This document shows, in pieces, positions 26,533 to 36,082 of a stretch of DNA of 64,000 nt; within the stretch, counting starts at the first letter, position 1; the number at the start of each line of letters is the position of its first letter. The position numbers were made by a program, and so were the translations under genes. Under the pieces are notes generated by a model. The model was not told where the DNA came from and did no database searches. It was given only the letters and a program-made list of their open reading frames with translations. The DNA comes from Cyclobacteriaceae bacterium. Its GTDB lineage: Bacteria > Bacteroidota > Bacteroidia > Cytophagales > Cyclobacteriaceae. The stretch covers positions 3,492 to 67,491 of the forward strand of contig JBDVMP010000018.1 in assembly GCA_039970095.1 (NCBI GenBank), given 5' to 3'.

Positions 26533-27649
26533 CCTCCGCAGGAGTTTGCCGCTGTGTCTTGGGCCGGTAGTCTGCCTCTTGCCCCATTCTTTTCAGGAAG
26601 TTGAAATGTGATTTCAGTGCTGCCCCAAAAGACGGAAGATCGTGATAGGGCACGCCATATTCCTCACAGGTAGCTTTTATCACTTTGGAGATTGACCTGT
26701 AGTGCACACTGCAAACATTAGCGAACAAGTGATGTTCTATTTGAGTGTTGAGCCCGCCGGACAAAAAACCCGCCCACCAGCTCCTGGAAGAGAAGTTGGC
26801 GGTAGTGTGCATTTGGTGTACTACCCAATCGTCTCCTATGATTCCTTCGTCATCAGGAAGCGGAAAATGCACTTCTTCTACAGCATGAGCCAGCATAAAC
26901 ATCAAGGCCAGGTACATTCCACAAACAAGGTGAAACAGTAAATAACCGAGGATAATTTGGCCGACAGTGTATGGCATGAAAATGATCGGGATGGCAATGT
27001 ATAACCCGTAATTGATCAACTTGTAAAAGAACAACAGAAAATACTCTCTGGCCGGGTGCTTATGGTTGTCATAATTATTGATCCTGTTTTCGAAAAACTG
27101 CTTATAATCTTTCATCAAAACCCAGCTTAGGGTAGCCAAACCATAAAAAAAGAAGGCATAAAATTGCTGGAACCTGTGCATCGGCAGCAGCTTGGTGCTT
27201 GGCGAGATACGAAGAATATCCCCAGGAGAAATATCTTCGTCGTGACCGTGAATATTGGTAAAAGTGTGATGTGCGTGGTTGTGAGAGATTTTCCACATAT
27301 ACGCACTTGCCCCGTTGATATTGAATGTGTGGCTGAGCAGGGTTTTTACCCATTTCTTTTTGGAGTAAGCCCCGTGAATGGCATCATGGCCAATATTCAT
27401 AGAAACCAATGCAATCACGGCCCCTAGAAAAGCCCAAAGCACATAGCTAGCCCAAAGAGGAACATTCCCAAAAACCAACAGACCATATGTGCCAAACCAG
27501 GCAGTCACCAATACGATGGTTTTGATAACCATTTCTGTGTTGGCGTGTGTAGAAATCCCTTTTTCTTTAAAATACCCGTTCACTCGGTCGCGAAGCACGC
27601 GAGAGAATTCGGATTTAACTGTGGGACGAAATTTTGGTTGAACTGACAT
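26513..27649 (-). CDS. Membrane fatty acid (acyl-CoA/acyl-lipid) desaturase
   Basis: His boxes HDAIH, HNHAHH, QIEHH; 3' end overlaps tag by 20 nt. Confidence 0.93.
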   Translation of the reverse strand: MSVQPKFRPTVKSEFSRVLRDRVNGYFKEKGISTHANTEMVIKTIVLVTAWFGTYGLLVFGNVPLWASYVLWAFLGAVIALVSMNIGHDAIHGAYSKKKWVKTLLSHTFNINGASAYMWKISHNHAHHTFTNIHGHDEDISPGDILRISPSTKLLPMHRFQQFYAFFFYGLATLSWVLMKDYKQFFENRINNYDNHKHPAREYFLLFFYKLINYGLYIAIPIIFMPYTVGQIILGYLLFHLVCGMYLALMFMLAHAVEEVHFPLPDDEGIIGDDWVVHQMHTTANFSSRSWWAGFLSGGLNTQIEHHLFANVCSVHYRSISKVIKATCEEYGVPYHDLPSFGAALKSHFNFLKRMGQEADYRPKTQRQTPAEVKLAHA

Positions 27650-27675
27650 AATGCCTACTCTCTTAAACTAGTTTG

Positions 27676-27683
27676 CAAAGGTA
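27676..27683 (-). promoter_or_regulatory. Bacteroidota -7 promoter box (TACCTTTG) for the desaturase
   Basis: Exact TAnnTTTG on the minus strand, 26 nt before the ATG. Confidence 0.55.
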
Positions 27684-27732
27684 ACTATGTAAAACCAAAT
27701 TAGTTATGGGTTAAGCTTACGTTTACCTTTTA

Positions 27733-27740
27733 TAGCTTTG
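27733..27740 (+). promoter_or_regulatory. Bacteroidota -7 promoter box (TAGCTTTG) for prfA
   Basis: Exact TAnnTTTG, 22 nt before the ATG. Confidence 0.5.
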
Positions 27741-27762
27741 TGCCTGAAAATTCGCAATAAGA

Positions 27763-28836
27763 ATGATTGATAAATTAGAGGCGATCAAGCACAGGTTTGA
27801 GGAAGTAGGGCAGCTGATAGTGCAGCCTGATGCTATGGCTGACATGGGCAAGTACACTAAGCTCAACAAGGAGTATCGCGATCTGGAGAAGATCGTGAAG
27901 AAATACGATGAATATACTTTAGTCACAGGAAATATAGCCAGTGCCAAAGAGGTGCTGGAAACAGAAAAGGATCCTGATTTTCGAGAGATGGCCAAGGGCG
28001 AGTTGGATGAGTTGGCGCCACAAAAAGTGGAGCTGGAAGAGGAATTGAAAATACTGCTTATCCCGAAAGACCCCAATGACAGTAAAGACGTGATTTTGGA
28101 GATCCGCGCAGGCACAGGGGGTGATGAAGCAGCCCTATTTGCCGGGGACCTGTTTGGGATGTACAAAAGTTACGCAGAGACGGAAGGTTGGAATTTTTCT
28201 GTTGTGAGTCTCACGGAAGGTACGGTTGGAGGATTTAAGGAAATTGTCTGTAGCGTTACGGGAGAGGATGTTTATGGTAAGTTGAAGTTTGAGTCAGGAG
28301 CGCACCGTGTGCAACGCGTGCCCAGTACCGAATCGCAAGGCCGGGTGCATACCTCAGCAGCTACGGTAGCTGTGATGCCCGAAGCGGAGGAGGTTGATGT
28401 AGAACTCAATATGGGTGACATCCGCAAGGACACCTTTCGAGCATCTGGAGCAGGGGGTCAGCACATTAACAAAACAGAGTCTGCTATTCGTCTGACCCAT
28501 GCGCCTTCTGGCTTAGTGGTAGAGTGTCAGGACGGGAGATCACAACACGCCAATTATGATAAGGCTCTAAAAGTACTTCGTTCCAGGCTTTATGAAATGG
28601 AGCTCAAAAAACACAATGATGAGATCAGCTCGCAGCGGAAATCACTTGTAGGCTCAGGCGATAGATCGGATAAAATCAGAACCTACAATTTTCCCCAGGG
28701 AAGGGTTACCGACCACAGAATAGGCCATACTGTCTATAACCTGCCGGCTATTTTGGGCGGAGATATTGGTGATTTTATTGAAAAACTGAGAATCGCCGAG
28801 AATACCGAATTAATGAAAGCCGAAAATCAGGAATAA
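27763..28836 (+). CDS. prfA: Peptide chain release factor 1
   Basis: GAGGQH (GGQ), QRVPST (PxT = RF1), DRSDKIRTYNFPQGRVTDHR. Confidence 0.98.
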   Translation: MIDKLEAIKHRFEEVGQLIVQPDAMADMGKYTKLNKEYRDLEKIVKKYDEYTLVTGNIASAKEVLETEKDPDFREMAKGELDELAPQKVELEEELKILLIPKDPNDSKDVILEIRAGTGGDEAALFAGDLFGMYKSYAETEGWNFSVVSLTEGTVGGFKEIVCSVTGEDVYGKLKFESGAHRVQRVPSTESQGRVHTSAATVAVMPEAEEVDVELNMGDIRKDTFRASGAGGQHINKTESAIRLTHAPSGLVVECQDGRSQHANYDKALKVLRSRLYEMELKKHNDEISSQRKSLVGSGDRSDKIRTYNFPQGRVTDHRIGHTVYNLPAILGGDIGDFIEKLRIAENTELMKAENQE

Positions 28837-28867
28837 ATAAGGGCCAAAGGCGTTTGTTTCAAACAAC

Positions 28868-30250
28868 ATGAAAAATTTAGGTCTAGCACTTTTACTGGGA
28901 ATCACCGGGTTGCTTATTTACTCATGCGAGCCTGTGGAAGAAAAAATTTCCGGATCAGGCTCTATCAATCTGCACTTTAGTACCGATACTGTGATCTTTG
29001 ATACGCTCCTCACGGCACGTACGAGCATCACCAAGCGGCTGAGGATTTTCAATCCTTCAAAAAAGGCAGTTTCTATTTCAAGTATTCGACTGGGCAAGGG
29101 GGAGTCCTCGCCCTACTCAATCATTGTCAACGGCAAGTTTGGAACCGAGATAGAAGACGAAGTGCTCTTTGGTGGCGATAGCCTGCTTGTGTTGGTGGAT
29201 GTGGAAATAGACCCACAGGACGAAAACCTGCCCTACATTGTGAAGGATTCAGTGGTGGTAGATTGGAATGGAAACAGTGGACATGTGAAACTGGTGGCCT
29301 GGGGTCAGAATGCCAATTTTATCAACGGAGAAATAATCTGCGACCAAACATGGACGGCAGATAGGCCTTATGTAATCTATGATGGTGTTTTGGTGGATTC
29401 ACTTTGCACATTGACCATAGAGCCGGGGGCAAGAGTTTATATTGACAATAATGCCGCATTCTTTGTCAAAGGAACCCTCAAAGTATTAGGAGACTCTTCA
29501 AATCGAGTTTTGTTTAGAAACACAAGATTTGATGAAAGTTATAAAATAGCACCAGGCCAATGGGATGCTATTTACTTTTTAGAGGGAAGTAAAAACAATG
29601 AGATACGTTTCGCTGATCTGGAGAACGGAATGCAGGGACTGAGGATAGGCTCTCCTGATGACGACACTGAATACGACCTAATTGTAGCTAATACAAGTAT
29701 TAGGCACATGTCGCAAACAGGCATTCAGTCGTACACCTCAGATGTATTAGTAGAAAACACCGAAATTTTCAATTGTGGCAACTTCACTGTGGTCAATGCT
29801 CTCGGCGGTTATTATAGATATGAGCACTGTACCTTTTCCAACCTTGGAAGCCTTTTTATAAACGAAGACCCATCTTTTTATTTTACAGATTATCTGCAGG
29901 TAGAGCAAAACGAATTTCTCTATGAGGATATTGATGTGCTAATCAAAAACAGCATTATATGGGGTTCAAACGAGGAAGAAATCTTTTTCGAGGCTTCTGG
30001 CAATGCCAACTTTACTTTAGAGATGAGTTCTAATATCATCAAGTCAGAACAGGATTTTGGAACCACCAATTATACGTCTACCGAAAATGATTTTCCGGGT
30101 TTTGTTGACCCTTACACATTCAACTTCCGGTTAGACTCTCTTTCTTTTGCCAGGGACAAAGGAGAAGATTTGGGATATGAATTCGATGTTTTGGGAATCC
30201 CGCGAGACGATAAGCCGGATATCGGCGCTCATGAAAGAGTTGACCTATGA
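28868..30250 (+). CDS. Hypothetical lipoprotein with Ig-like and beta-helix-like regions
   Basis: Lipobox LIYS-C then acidic EPVEE; FSTDTVIFDT, PGQWDAIYF, PDIGAHE terminus. Confidence 0.75.
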   Translation: MKNLGLALLLGITGLLIYSCEPVEEKISGSGSINLHFSTDTVIFDTLLTARTSITKRLRIFNPSKKAVSISSIRLGKGESSPYSIIVNGKFGTEIEDEVLFGGDSLLVLVDVEIDPQDENLPYIVKDSVVVDWNGNSGHVKLVAWGQNANFINGEIICDQTWTADRPYVIYDGVLVDSLCTLTIEPGARVYIDNNAAFFVKGTLKVLGDSSNRVLFRNTRFDESYKIAPGQWDAIYFLEGSKNNEIRFADLENGMQGLRIGSPDDDTEYDLIVANTSIRHMSQTGIQSYTSDVLVENTEIFNCGNFTVVNALGGYYRYEHCTFSNLGSLFINEDPSFYFTDYLQVEQNEFLYEDIDVLIKNSIIWGSNEEEIFFEASGNANFTLEMSSNIIKSEQDFGTTNYTSTENDFPGFVDPYTFNFRLDSLSFARDKGEDLGYEFDVLGIPRDDKPDIGAHERVDL

Positions 30251-30675
30251 TTTTTCTTCAGGAGCATATTACGCTTTCGGCAAAAAGCCGTGGTTTTCAC
30301 TTGATTACAGGTGAAGTCCTTTCCGCTATCCCTGACCTCCGAAAGATCAAGAAGGGAATGCTGCAGGTTTTTATCCAGCATACTTCTGCTTCTTTGACTA
30401 TCAATGAAAATGCTGACCCTACGGTACGGCAGGATTTTGAGTCGCATTTCAACAAAATGGTACCAGAGAACGCTCCTTATTATATCCACACCTACGAAGG
30501 CCCGGATGATATGCCGGCACATATCAAATCTTCGCTTTTGGGAGCTTCTGTGATGATTCCCATTGCAAATGGTCGCCCAGCCTTGGGAACATGGCAGGGC
30601 ATTTATCTGTGTGAGCATCGTGATTACGGCGGCTCCAGAAAGCTCGTTGTTACGGCCTGGGGTGAAGCAGGCTAA
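30247..30675 (+). CDS. yjbQ: YjbQ/UPF0047 family protein
   Basis: HTSASLTINENADPTV, DMPAHIKS, LGTWQGIYLCEH. Confidence 0.92.
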   Translation: MIFLQEHITLSAKSRGFHLITGEVLSAIPDLRKIKKGMLQVFIQHTSASLTINENADPTVRQDFESHFNKMVPENAPYYIHTYEGPDDMPAHIKSSLLGASVMIPIANGRPALGTWQGIYLCEHRDYGGSRKLVVTAWGEAG

Positions 30676-30683
30676 ACCCCTTT

Positions 30684-31346
30684 TTACATTTTCTTTAGGA
30701 TTCTTTTTTTGTTTTTGAGTAGGGTCTCGGCAACTTCTGTTGCCATTATCTTAGAGCCAGCAGCATCAGGGTGTATTTTGTCTGGGATCAGGTCTAAGTG
30801 ATGTTCTAGCGGTATGTATAAATCAATGGTCTTTACTTTTTCTGATTTGGCTATGGACTGTAGAATTAACGGGATTTCTTCTTCCATAACCTGTTTGTCT
30901 ATTCCCCATTTTGTTTCCACAACGGGGATGGGAAAACAAATGAAAACCGTGACCTCTGGATTTATTGCCCTGAAAGTGCCAATAAGATCATGATAGTCCT
31001 TGACATATTCACCCTTATATGGCTCCCAGTTCATGGGCTTAGAGTCGTTGGTTCCTAACATGATGATTACTACGTCGGCCCCAAAACTCTTTGCCTGTTC
31101 AAACTCAGGCTGATCCCAATACGGCAAGTTTCCGTTTCTGAGCAATGTTGCTCCACTTCTACCGAAATTTTCAACAAGCCATTCCGATCCTAGAATCCGC
31201 TGCAGTTGTGGCGGGTATGCCAGGGAATCTCTTTCTTCTATTCCTGCACCGTAAGTGATGCTGTTTCCTACACAAGCAACTTTGATTTGTGCTGTTGCAT
31301 AGTTAATAAGGGTTAAGACTAAAAAAGTAAGGAGTACGTTTTTCAT
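30684..31346 (-). CDS. SGNH/GDSL-family esterase, exported
   Basis: Signal peptide ..TA|Q; GNSIT, GRSG, LGTND, DKIHP. Confidence 0.9.
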   Translation of the reverse strand: MKNVLLTFLVLTLINYATAQIKVACVGNSITYGAGIEERDSLAYPPQLQRILGSEWLVENFGRSGATLLRNGNLPYWDQPEFEQAKSFGADVVIIMLGTNDSKPMNWEPYKGEYVKDYHDLIGTFRAINPEVTVFICFPIPVVETKWGIDKQVMEEEIPLILQSIAKSEKVKTIDLYIPLEHHLDLIPDKIHPDAAGSKIMATEVAETLLKNKKRILKKM

Positions 31347-32248
31347 CTACTGTTTTTTTTCAACTTTTTCAACGGAAGCTTTTTGATCATACCTCCTTTG
31401 ATATCCTTCACTTTTGACATGACCAGAAAAGCACTGGGGTCTATGCTGGCGATCTCCGTTTCCAGACGAGCCAGCTCCAGGCGCGTTATCACTGTGTAGA
31501 GGATGTTGGTATGTGCATCGGCGTTCGACTGCAGGCTAAACCCTTTGCTACCATGATAGATGGTGGCACCCCTTCTTAGCTTTGAAAGAACCATCTCGCG
31601 GATTTCAGAATGTTTGTCTGAAACAATTGTAACGCCGATATATTCATCAAAGCCTTCTAAAACGAAATCCACCGTTCGTGATGCGGCAAAGTAAGTGATG
31701 ATCGAGTACATGGCTGTTTCCAGGGAGAGCAGGTACGCCGCTACGGAGAAAATCAACACATTGAAAATCAAAATAAGTTCACCAACGGAGAATCCGGTTT
31801 TCTTTCCCAGATAGATGGCCAAAACTTCCGTGCCGTCAATGATGGCACCACCACGTATGGAAAAACCAATCCCCAACCCAAGAAAGAACCCCCCAAACAC
31901 GGCAACCAGCAATGTGTCATCAGTAAGCGTCGGGAAATGAAAATTGTAAATCACAATGGCCAGTAGGGTGATACTCAAAAAGCTTTTGATAGCGAAGGTT
32001 TTGCCAATCTGCCACCATCCCAAAACCAAAAAAGGAATGTTGATCAGGAATATAAAAAGAGATGGACGTCCATCTGTTACCACAGCCAGTAGGAGAGAAA
32101 TACCTGTTACGCCCCCATCCAGCACGTCGTTTGGCAGCAAAAAGCTCTCAAGTCCAAATGAGGCAGCAGCCACACCAAGAACCATAAGAAATCCCTCGCG
32201 GCTGAGTCGTCTAAGTTTTATTTTGAAAGAAGTAGGTTTATCTGGCAT
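31343..32248 (-). CDS. YitT-family membrane protein
   Basis: LDGGVTGIS, INIPF, GAIIDGTEVLA, DPSAF; start placed at MPDKP (32248) rather than the track's 32302. Confidence 0.9.
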   Translation of the reverse strand: MPDKPTSFKIKLRRLSREGFLMVLGVAAASFGLESFLLPNDVLDGGVTGISLLLAVVTDGRPSLFIFLINIPFLVLGWWQIGKTFAIKSFLSITLLAIVIYNFHFPTLTDDTLLVAVFGGFFLGLGIGFSIRGGAIIDGTEVLAIYLGKKTGFSVGELILIFNVLIFSVAAYLLSLETAMYSIITYFAASRTVDFVLEGFDEYIGVTIVSDKHSEIREMVLSKLRRGATIYHGSKGFSLQSNADAHTNILYTVITRLELARLETEIASIDPSAFLVMSKVKDIKGGMIKKLPLKKLKKNSR

Positions 32249-32644
32249 AATGAGGCAAAAATTCAACCGTAAGTTAATACCACTTCGTGTGCCAAAAATC
32301 ATTTTTTCTCTAACCTTTTAGTGGCACCTGGCTGACTTACATTGAATCAATTAACCCGACCTATCGATTTGGAAGCAACCGACGAAGTATTGATAAAGGA
32401 TGAGAATGGTAAACATGGAAATTGAAAAGTTAAAACATTATTCTAAAAAAGTGCGGACACCAGTTTACGAGGAAAAGGATATAGGCCCAAATCTTCTTAC
32501 GGAAAGCTCCTTATATGCTATTACTATAGTTTGTCGTGGGATTCAGTACAGATACCTCGGTGTGAAAGGCCATTTTGCTGTGGGATATTAAAAAGTTTTC
32601 ATCCCAAAAAACATCTTGTTGGTCGATAAAAACTCTTACCCAGC

Positions 32645-32727
32645 CTCACAGCGGTCTTATATTTAAATTCTATTACAATTCACATCGCTGGTAGGAAGGG
32701 GGTCTAGATACCCCCTTCTTTATTTTT
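32645..32727 (+). repeat. Intergenic element copy A (candidate small RNA), homologous to 33764-33850
   Basis: CTCACAGC, near -7 box TATATTTA, core ACATCGCTGGT (32682-32692), then G/C hairpin and T-rich tail. Confidence 0.6.
32693..32727 (+). terminator. Rho-independent terminator
   Basis: GAAGGGGGT-CTAGAT-ACCCCCTTC stem-loop (32695-32718) followed by TTTATTTTT. Confidence 0.75.
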
Positions 32728-32831
32728 ACCCCACCTCATTACATTGACCAATATCAGGGTGCCCGCTGACAGCCTTTTGCTTCACCCACATTTTTAGTTG
32801 TTAAATTGGCGCTTCACCAATTAGCGCCCAT

Positions 32832-33605
32832 ATGAACACTGAGACCTACAACACCGCTTTACTTGAATTACAGGAACAGCTTGTTCACCTACAAGAGTGG
32901 GTGAAAAGGCAGGGATTGAAAGTTGTTGTCATTTTTGAAGGCAGAGATGCTTCCGGCAAAGGAGGCGTGATCAAACGTATAACAGAGCCTCTAAACCCCC
33001 GAGTGGCGAGAGTTGTGGCGTTGGGCGTGCCTACCGAGAAAGAAAAAAGCCAATGGTATTTCCAGCGATATGTGGCTCATCTGCCAGCAAAGGGCGAAAT
33101 AGTTTTGTTTGATCGCAGTTGGTATAACCGTGCCGGAGTAGAGCGGGTAATGAGCTTTTGTACTGAGGAAGAGTATCGTGAGTTTTTGCGCTCGTGTCCG
33201 GAGTTTGAGCGTATGCTCATCCGATCGGGTATAATTTTGGTGAAATACTGGTTTTCTGTAAACGATGATGAACAGGAAAAGCGGTTTCGCAATCGCGTGA
33301 ACAACCCTATGAAGCGCTGGAAATTTAGCCCTATGGATTTGGAGTCGAGATCTAAATGGCTCGAATACTCCAAAGCCAAAGATGAAATGTTTGCGCATAC
33401 AGACACCAAGCAATCGCCGTGGTTTGTAGTGAATGCAGACAACAAAAAGACAGCCCGTTTGAACTGCATCCACCACTTGCTGAGCCAGATTCCCTATCAG
33501 AAGGTCGATTATCCGGAAGTAGAGTTGCCTCCTTTACCAGAAAACAAGTCCTATGTCCGTCCACCTATGGATTACCAGACATTTGTCGAAGAGATTTATT
33601 CTTGA
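32832..33605 (+). CDS. ppk2: Polyphosphate kinase 2
   Basis: FEGRDASGKGG (Walker A), QWYFQRY, FDRSWYNR, WKFSPMD. Confidence 0.97.
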   Translation: MNTETYNTALLELQEQLVHLQEWVKRQGLKVVVIFEGRDASGKGGVIKRITEPLNPRVARVVALGVPTEKEKSQWYFQRYVAHLPAKGEIVLFDRSWYNRAGVERVMSFCTEEEYREFLRSCPEFERMLIRSGIILVKYWFSVNDDEQEKRFRNRVNNPMKRWKFSPMDLESRSKWLEYSKAKDEMFAHTDTKQSPWFVVNADNKKTARLNCIHHLLSQIPYQKVDYPEVELPPLPENKSYVRPPMDYQTFVEEIYS

Positions 33606-33763
33606 AGAAACTCAAAATTGTCTGGTACACCTTTAAGCTCTAATGCAAAAAAGTAGGCCTATAGCAACCAGTCTATCGCCCCTTTTTATTTGATAAGCCT
33701 GTTCATCGAGGGTTTGGTAGCATTCAACGAGTCGATGTGCAGAGGTGACGAGTTTGATCTCCA

Positions 33764-33850
33764 CTCACAGCTTGGTGGACTTAAGTTTGAACTGTTAATA
33801 CTATTAACATCGCTGGTTTGGGGGGAGTCATAGACTCCCCCCTTTTTTTT
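33764..33850 (+). repeat. Intergenic element copy B (candidate small RNA)
   Basis: CTCACAGC, perfect -7 box TAAGTTTG (33782-33789), core ACATCGCTGGT (33807-33817), hairpin plus T8. Confidence 0.6.
33820..33850 (+). terminator. Rho-independent terminator
   Basis: GGGGGGAGTC-ATA-GACTCCCCCC perfect 10-bp stem followed by 8 T. Confidence 0.85.
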
Positions 33851-34730
33851 AACTCTTCTTTTTCCAATACCTTATCAAACCCGCCACACTCATCCAGCTT
33901 GGGTTTGCTGCCTCATATTGTTTTAGTCCGTGATCATTCACCCCTTTGTCCATCAGCTGAGCAGCAGTGTATGCTTTGAAATGTGGAGTGATCTCCTCTG
34001 CGGTCATTCCACTTTCCCACTTTTCTTTTACCCACAGAGCCCAATTATTGAGAATATGCCTGAGTTCAGATAAGTGTTCGTGCTTGTTTTCTACAAGTCC
34101 AAAGTGCGTCAGGTAGAGTTTGGATGCATCCGTGTCAAGCAGTTTTTCTATGCTCACATTCCAATCTTCCAGATTTATATCCGGAGGAGGACATGGAGGC
34201 ACCACCGGTCCATCACCTATTTTCACACCAGCAACATCACCAGTGAAAACGGTATCGTTGATTTGCCAGGCGATGTGGTGTTTGGCATGACCTGGCGTAT
34301 GCAATGCCCGTATTTTGACGCCACCAATTTCCAGATCTTCATTATCCGCTGGTGCAATGAGTAAGTTGCCTTTTATTTTTTCCATGGTTCCCCAAAGCCG
34401 CTCCATATCATCACCATAAATCATTTTGGCAGAGTTGTATAGTTTGGTGGGGTCTTCCATGTGGTTGATACCAAATGGGTGAACGTATATTTTGGCTCCT
34501 TTTTCGGCGAATGCCCAGGCCGCCCCGGCGTGATCAAAATGTATGTGCGTGAGCAAAACATGCTTCACATCTTCTACTTTATATCCGTGCTTTTTCAGTT
34601 CGGATTGCATGGACTCAAAAGTGGAGTAGGGCCCAGTTTCTATCAGAATGGGGCCATCTGACGACTCTATTAAAAACGAGGCTATGGCATGATCAATGCC
34701 AAGAAAGTTCAAATCTAGTACGTGGATCAT
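33849..34730 (-). CDS. MBL-fold metallo-hydrolase
   Basis: THIHFDHAG, HTPGHAKHH, FTGD, LTHFG. Confidence 0.92.
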   Translation of the reverse strand: MIHVLDLNFLGIDHAIASFLIESSDGPILIETGPYSTFESMQSELKKHGYKVEDVKHVLLTHIHFDHAGAAWAFAEKGAKIYVHPFGINHMEDPTKLYNSAKMIYGDDMERLWGTMEKIKGNLLIAPADNEDLEIGGVKIRALHTPGHAKHHIAWQINDTVFTGDVAGVKIGDGPVVPPCPPPDINLEDWNVSIEKLLDTDASKLYLTHFGLVENKHEHLSELRHILNNWALWVKEKWESGMTAEEITPHFKAYTAAQLMDKGVNDHGLKQYEAANPSWMSVAGLIRYWKKKS

Positions 34731-34767
34731 TTTGTGTTTATTTGTTGCTTCAAACTAACAAAAAAAT

Positions 34768-35250
34768 ATGGGCAATCGTGACTACTTTCAGGATCATATG
34801 CCGGAGAATGTTTGCTTCGGTTGTGGAAAAAACCATGAAGGATTAAATATCAAAAGCTACTGGGATGGCGATGAAGCGGTATGTTGCTGGGATTCAGAAG
34901 AGAAATACCACGGGTGGGCTAACCTGCTCAACGGAGGTGTATTGGCCACCTTGGTGGATTGTCACTGCATGGGTACTGCCATGGCCCATGCTTACAAAAT
35001 AGAGAACCGTGATTTGGACTCTGACCCGGTTTACAGATATGCCACCGGCACCCTCACGGTCAAATACCTTAAGCCCACGCCCAACGATAAAACGGTGGAG
35101 TTGAGAGCCCGAATAGTGGAAGTGAAAAACCGAAAAACTGTACTCAGGTGCGAGGTGTTTTCTGAAGGGATTCAAACCGCCGAGGCTGATGTTGTTGCCA
35201 TCCGTGTTTTTGATAGCAGCAGCCACAAAGGCGAGAACCCATTCAAATAG
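34768..35250 (+). CDS. PaaI-family (hotdog) thioesterase
   Basis: CFGCG, LNGGVLATLVDCH, VKYLKPTP. Confidence 0.88.
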   Translation: MGNRDYFQDHMPENVCFGCGKNHEGLNIKSYWDGDEAVCCWDSEEKYHGWANLLNGGVLATLVDCHCMGTAMAHAYKIENRDLDSDPVYRYATGTLTVKYLKPTPNDKTVELRARIVEVKNRKTVLRCEVFSEGIQTAEADVVAIRVFDSSSHKGENPFK

Positions 35251-35251
35251 G

Positions 35252-36082
35252 TTAGGATTTCAGATCCCTGCGGTTGAGTATAAACACGATACCACCAATG
35301 TAAACAAGAAACCAAACCGTGCTTATGGCTAAAGCCGAGAGCGGCACATTGTCTTCTATCTCCCTGAAAGCATATTTTGGGAAAGGCACAGGAATCAAGT
35401 CATTTATGGCATGGATGGGGAAAAACGGAGCTAAAGAGGCCCATATTTGGCCCTTCAAAAAGGGAGCCTCCGTGAAAACCATGGTTAGTATGGGCTCAAA
35501 CATTAGACTGTAAAGAGTCAACGCTATGATGATGAAGCCGGCTTTTTTGATGATTAACGAAAGGAAAAAAGCCAGTGCACAAAAAATGACAATGTCGTAC
35601 CAGTAGGCAAATAGGAATTCTAATTCATCAAGGACATAGTGCCCGCCCTGAACATGTGAATAAATGGAGCCGTTGATCAACCCTGATATAAATAACAGAA
35701 CGGTACTGAAAAGCGCCAAAGCCGCAATCAAGAGCATTTTTCCAAGTAAATACTCCTTTTTGCTGATTCCATCAATGATGTTTTGTCTGAGGGTGTTGTA
35801 GGTTTGATCGTTGGTGATGGAAATGATCACAATAAAGGCAATCAGAATTTTGAGGAATGAACCGAGATAAGTGGTGTTTTGCCAAATGTCTGGGAAGTCG
35901 TAGATCGGAAGTATGGTCGGGTCTATTCCTTCAAAATCTGCTCCGTGATTTTTGAGGTATTCGAGAAGAAACATACCACCGAAGCAAATGATTATCAAAG
36001 CCAGCGCATAGAGTCCCAGCAGAATCCAAAACGTGTGGTAATTCTTGATTTTTAGCCATTCCAGTTTGAGTGCTCGTATCAT
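35252..36082 (-). CDS. ABC transporter permease
   Basis: 6 TM; TLRQNIIDGISKKEY; overlaps the ATPase gene. Confidence 0.88.
   Translation of the reverse strand: MIRALKLEWLKIKNYHTFWILLGLYALALIIICFGGMFLLEYLKNHGADFEGIDPTILPIYDFPDIWQNTTYLGSFLKILIAFIVIISITNDQTYNTLRQNIIDGISKKEYLLGKMLLIAALALFSTVLLFISGLINGSIYSHVQGGHYVLDELEFLFAYWYDIVIFCALAFFLSLIIKKAGFIIIALTLYSLMFEPILTMVFTEAPFLKGQIWASLAPFFPIHAINDLIPVPFPKYAFREIEDNVPLSALAISTVWFLVYIGGIVFILNRRDLKS

Noticed and set aside
27723-28166. 147-aa antisense ORF over prfA, and similar antisense ORFs over hemC, polA, the MCPs and the CHAT gene
   Set aside because: Fully overlap well-supported genes on the other strand; typical shadow ORFs
27763-28836. Possible programmed frameshift in the release-factor gene
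   Set aside because: The PxT motif identifies RF1 and the frame is uninterrupted; the frameshift is an RF2 feature
32400-32591. 63-aa ORF in the yitT-ppk2 spacer
   Set aside because: No recognisable motif, signal or family; more likely a chance ORF in promoter DNA
33735-33833. 32-codon ORF (MCRGDEFDLHSQLGGLKFELLILLTSLVWGES) running through repeat copy B, considered as a type I toxin-like peptide
   Set aside because: The equivalent frame in copy A hits a stop (TAA) and the reverse-strand ATG in the core gives 9 codons in B but an immediate stop in A; no coding conservation
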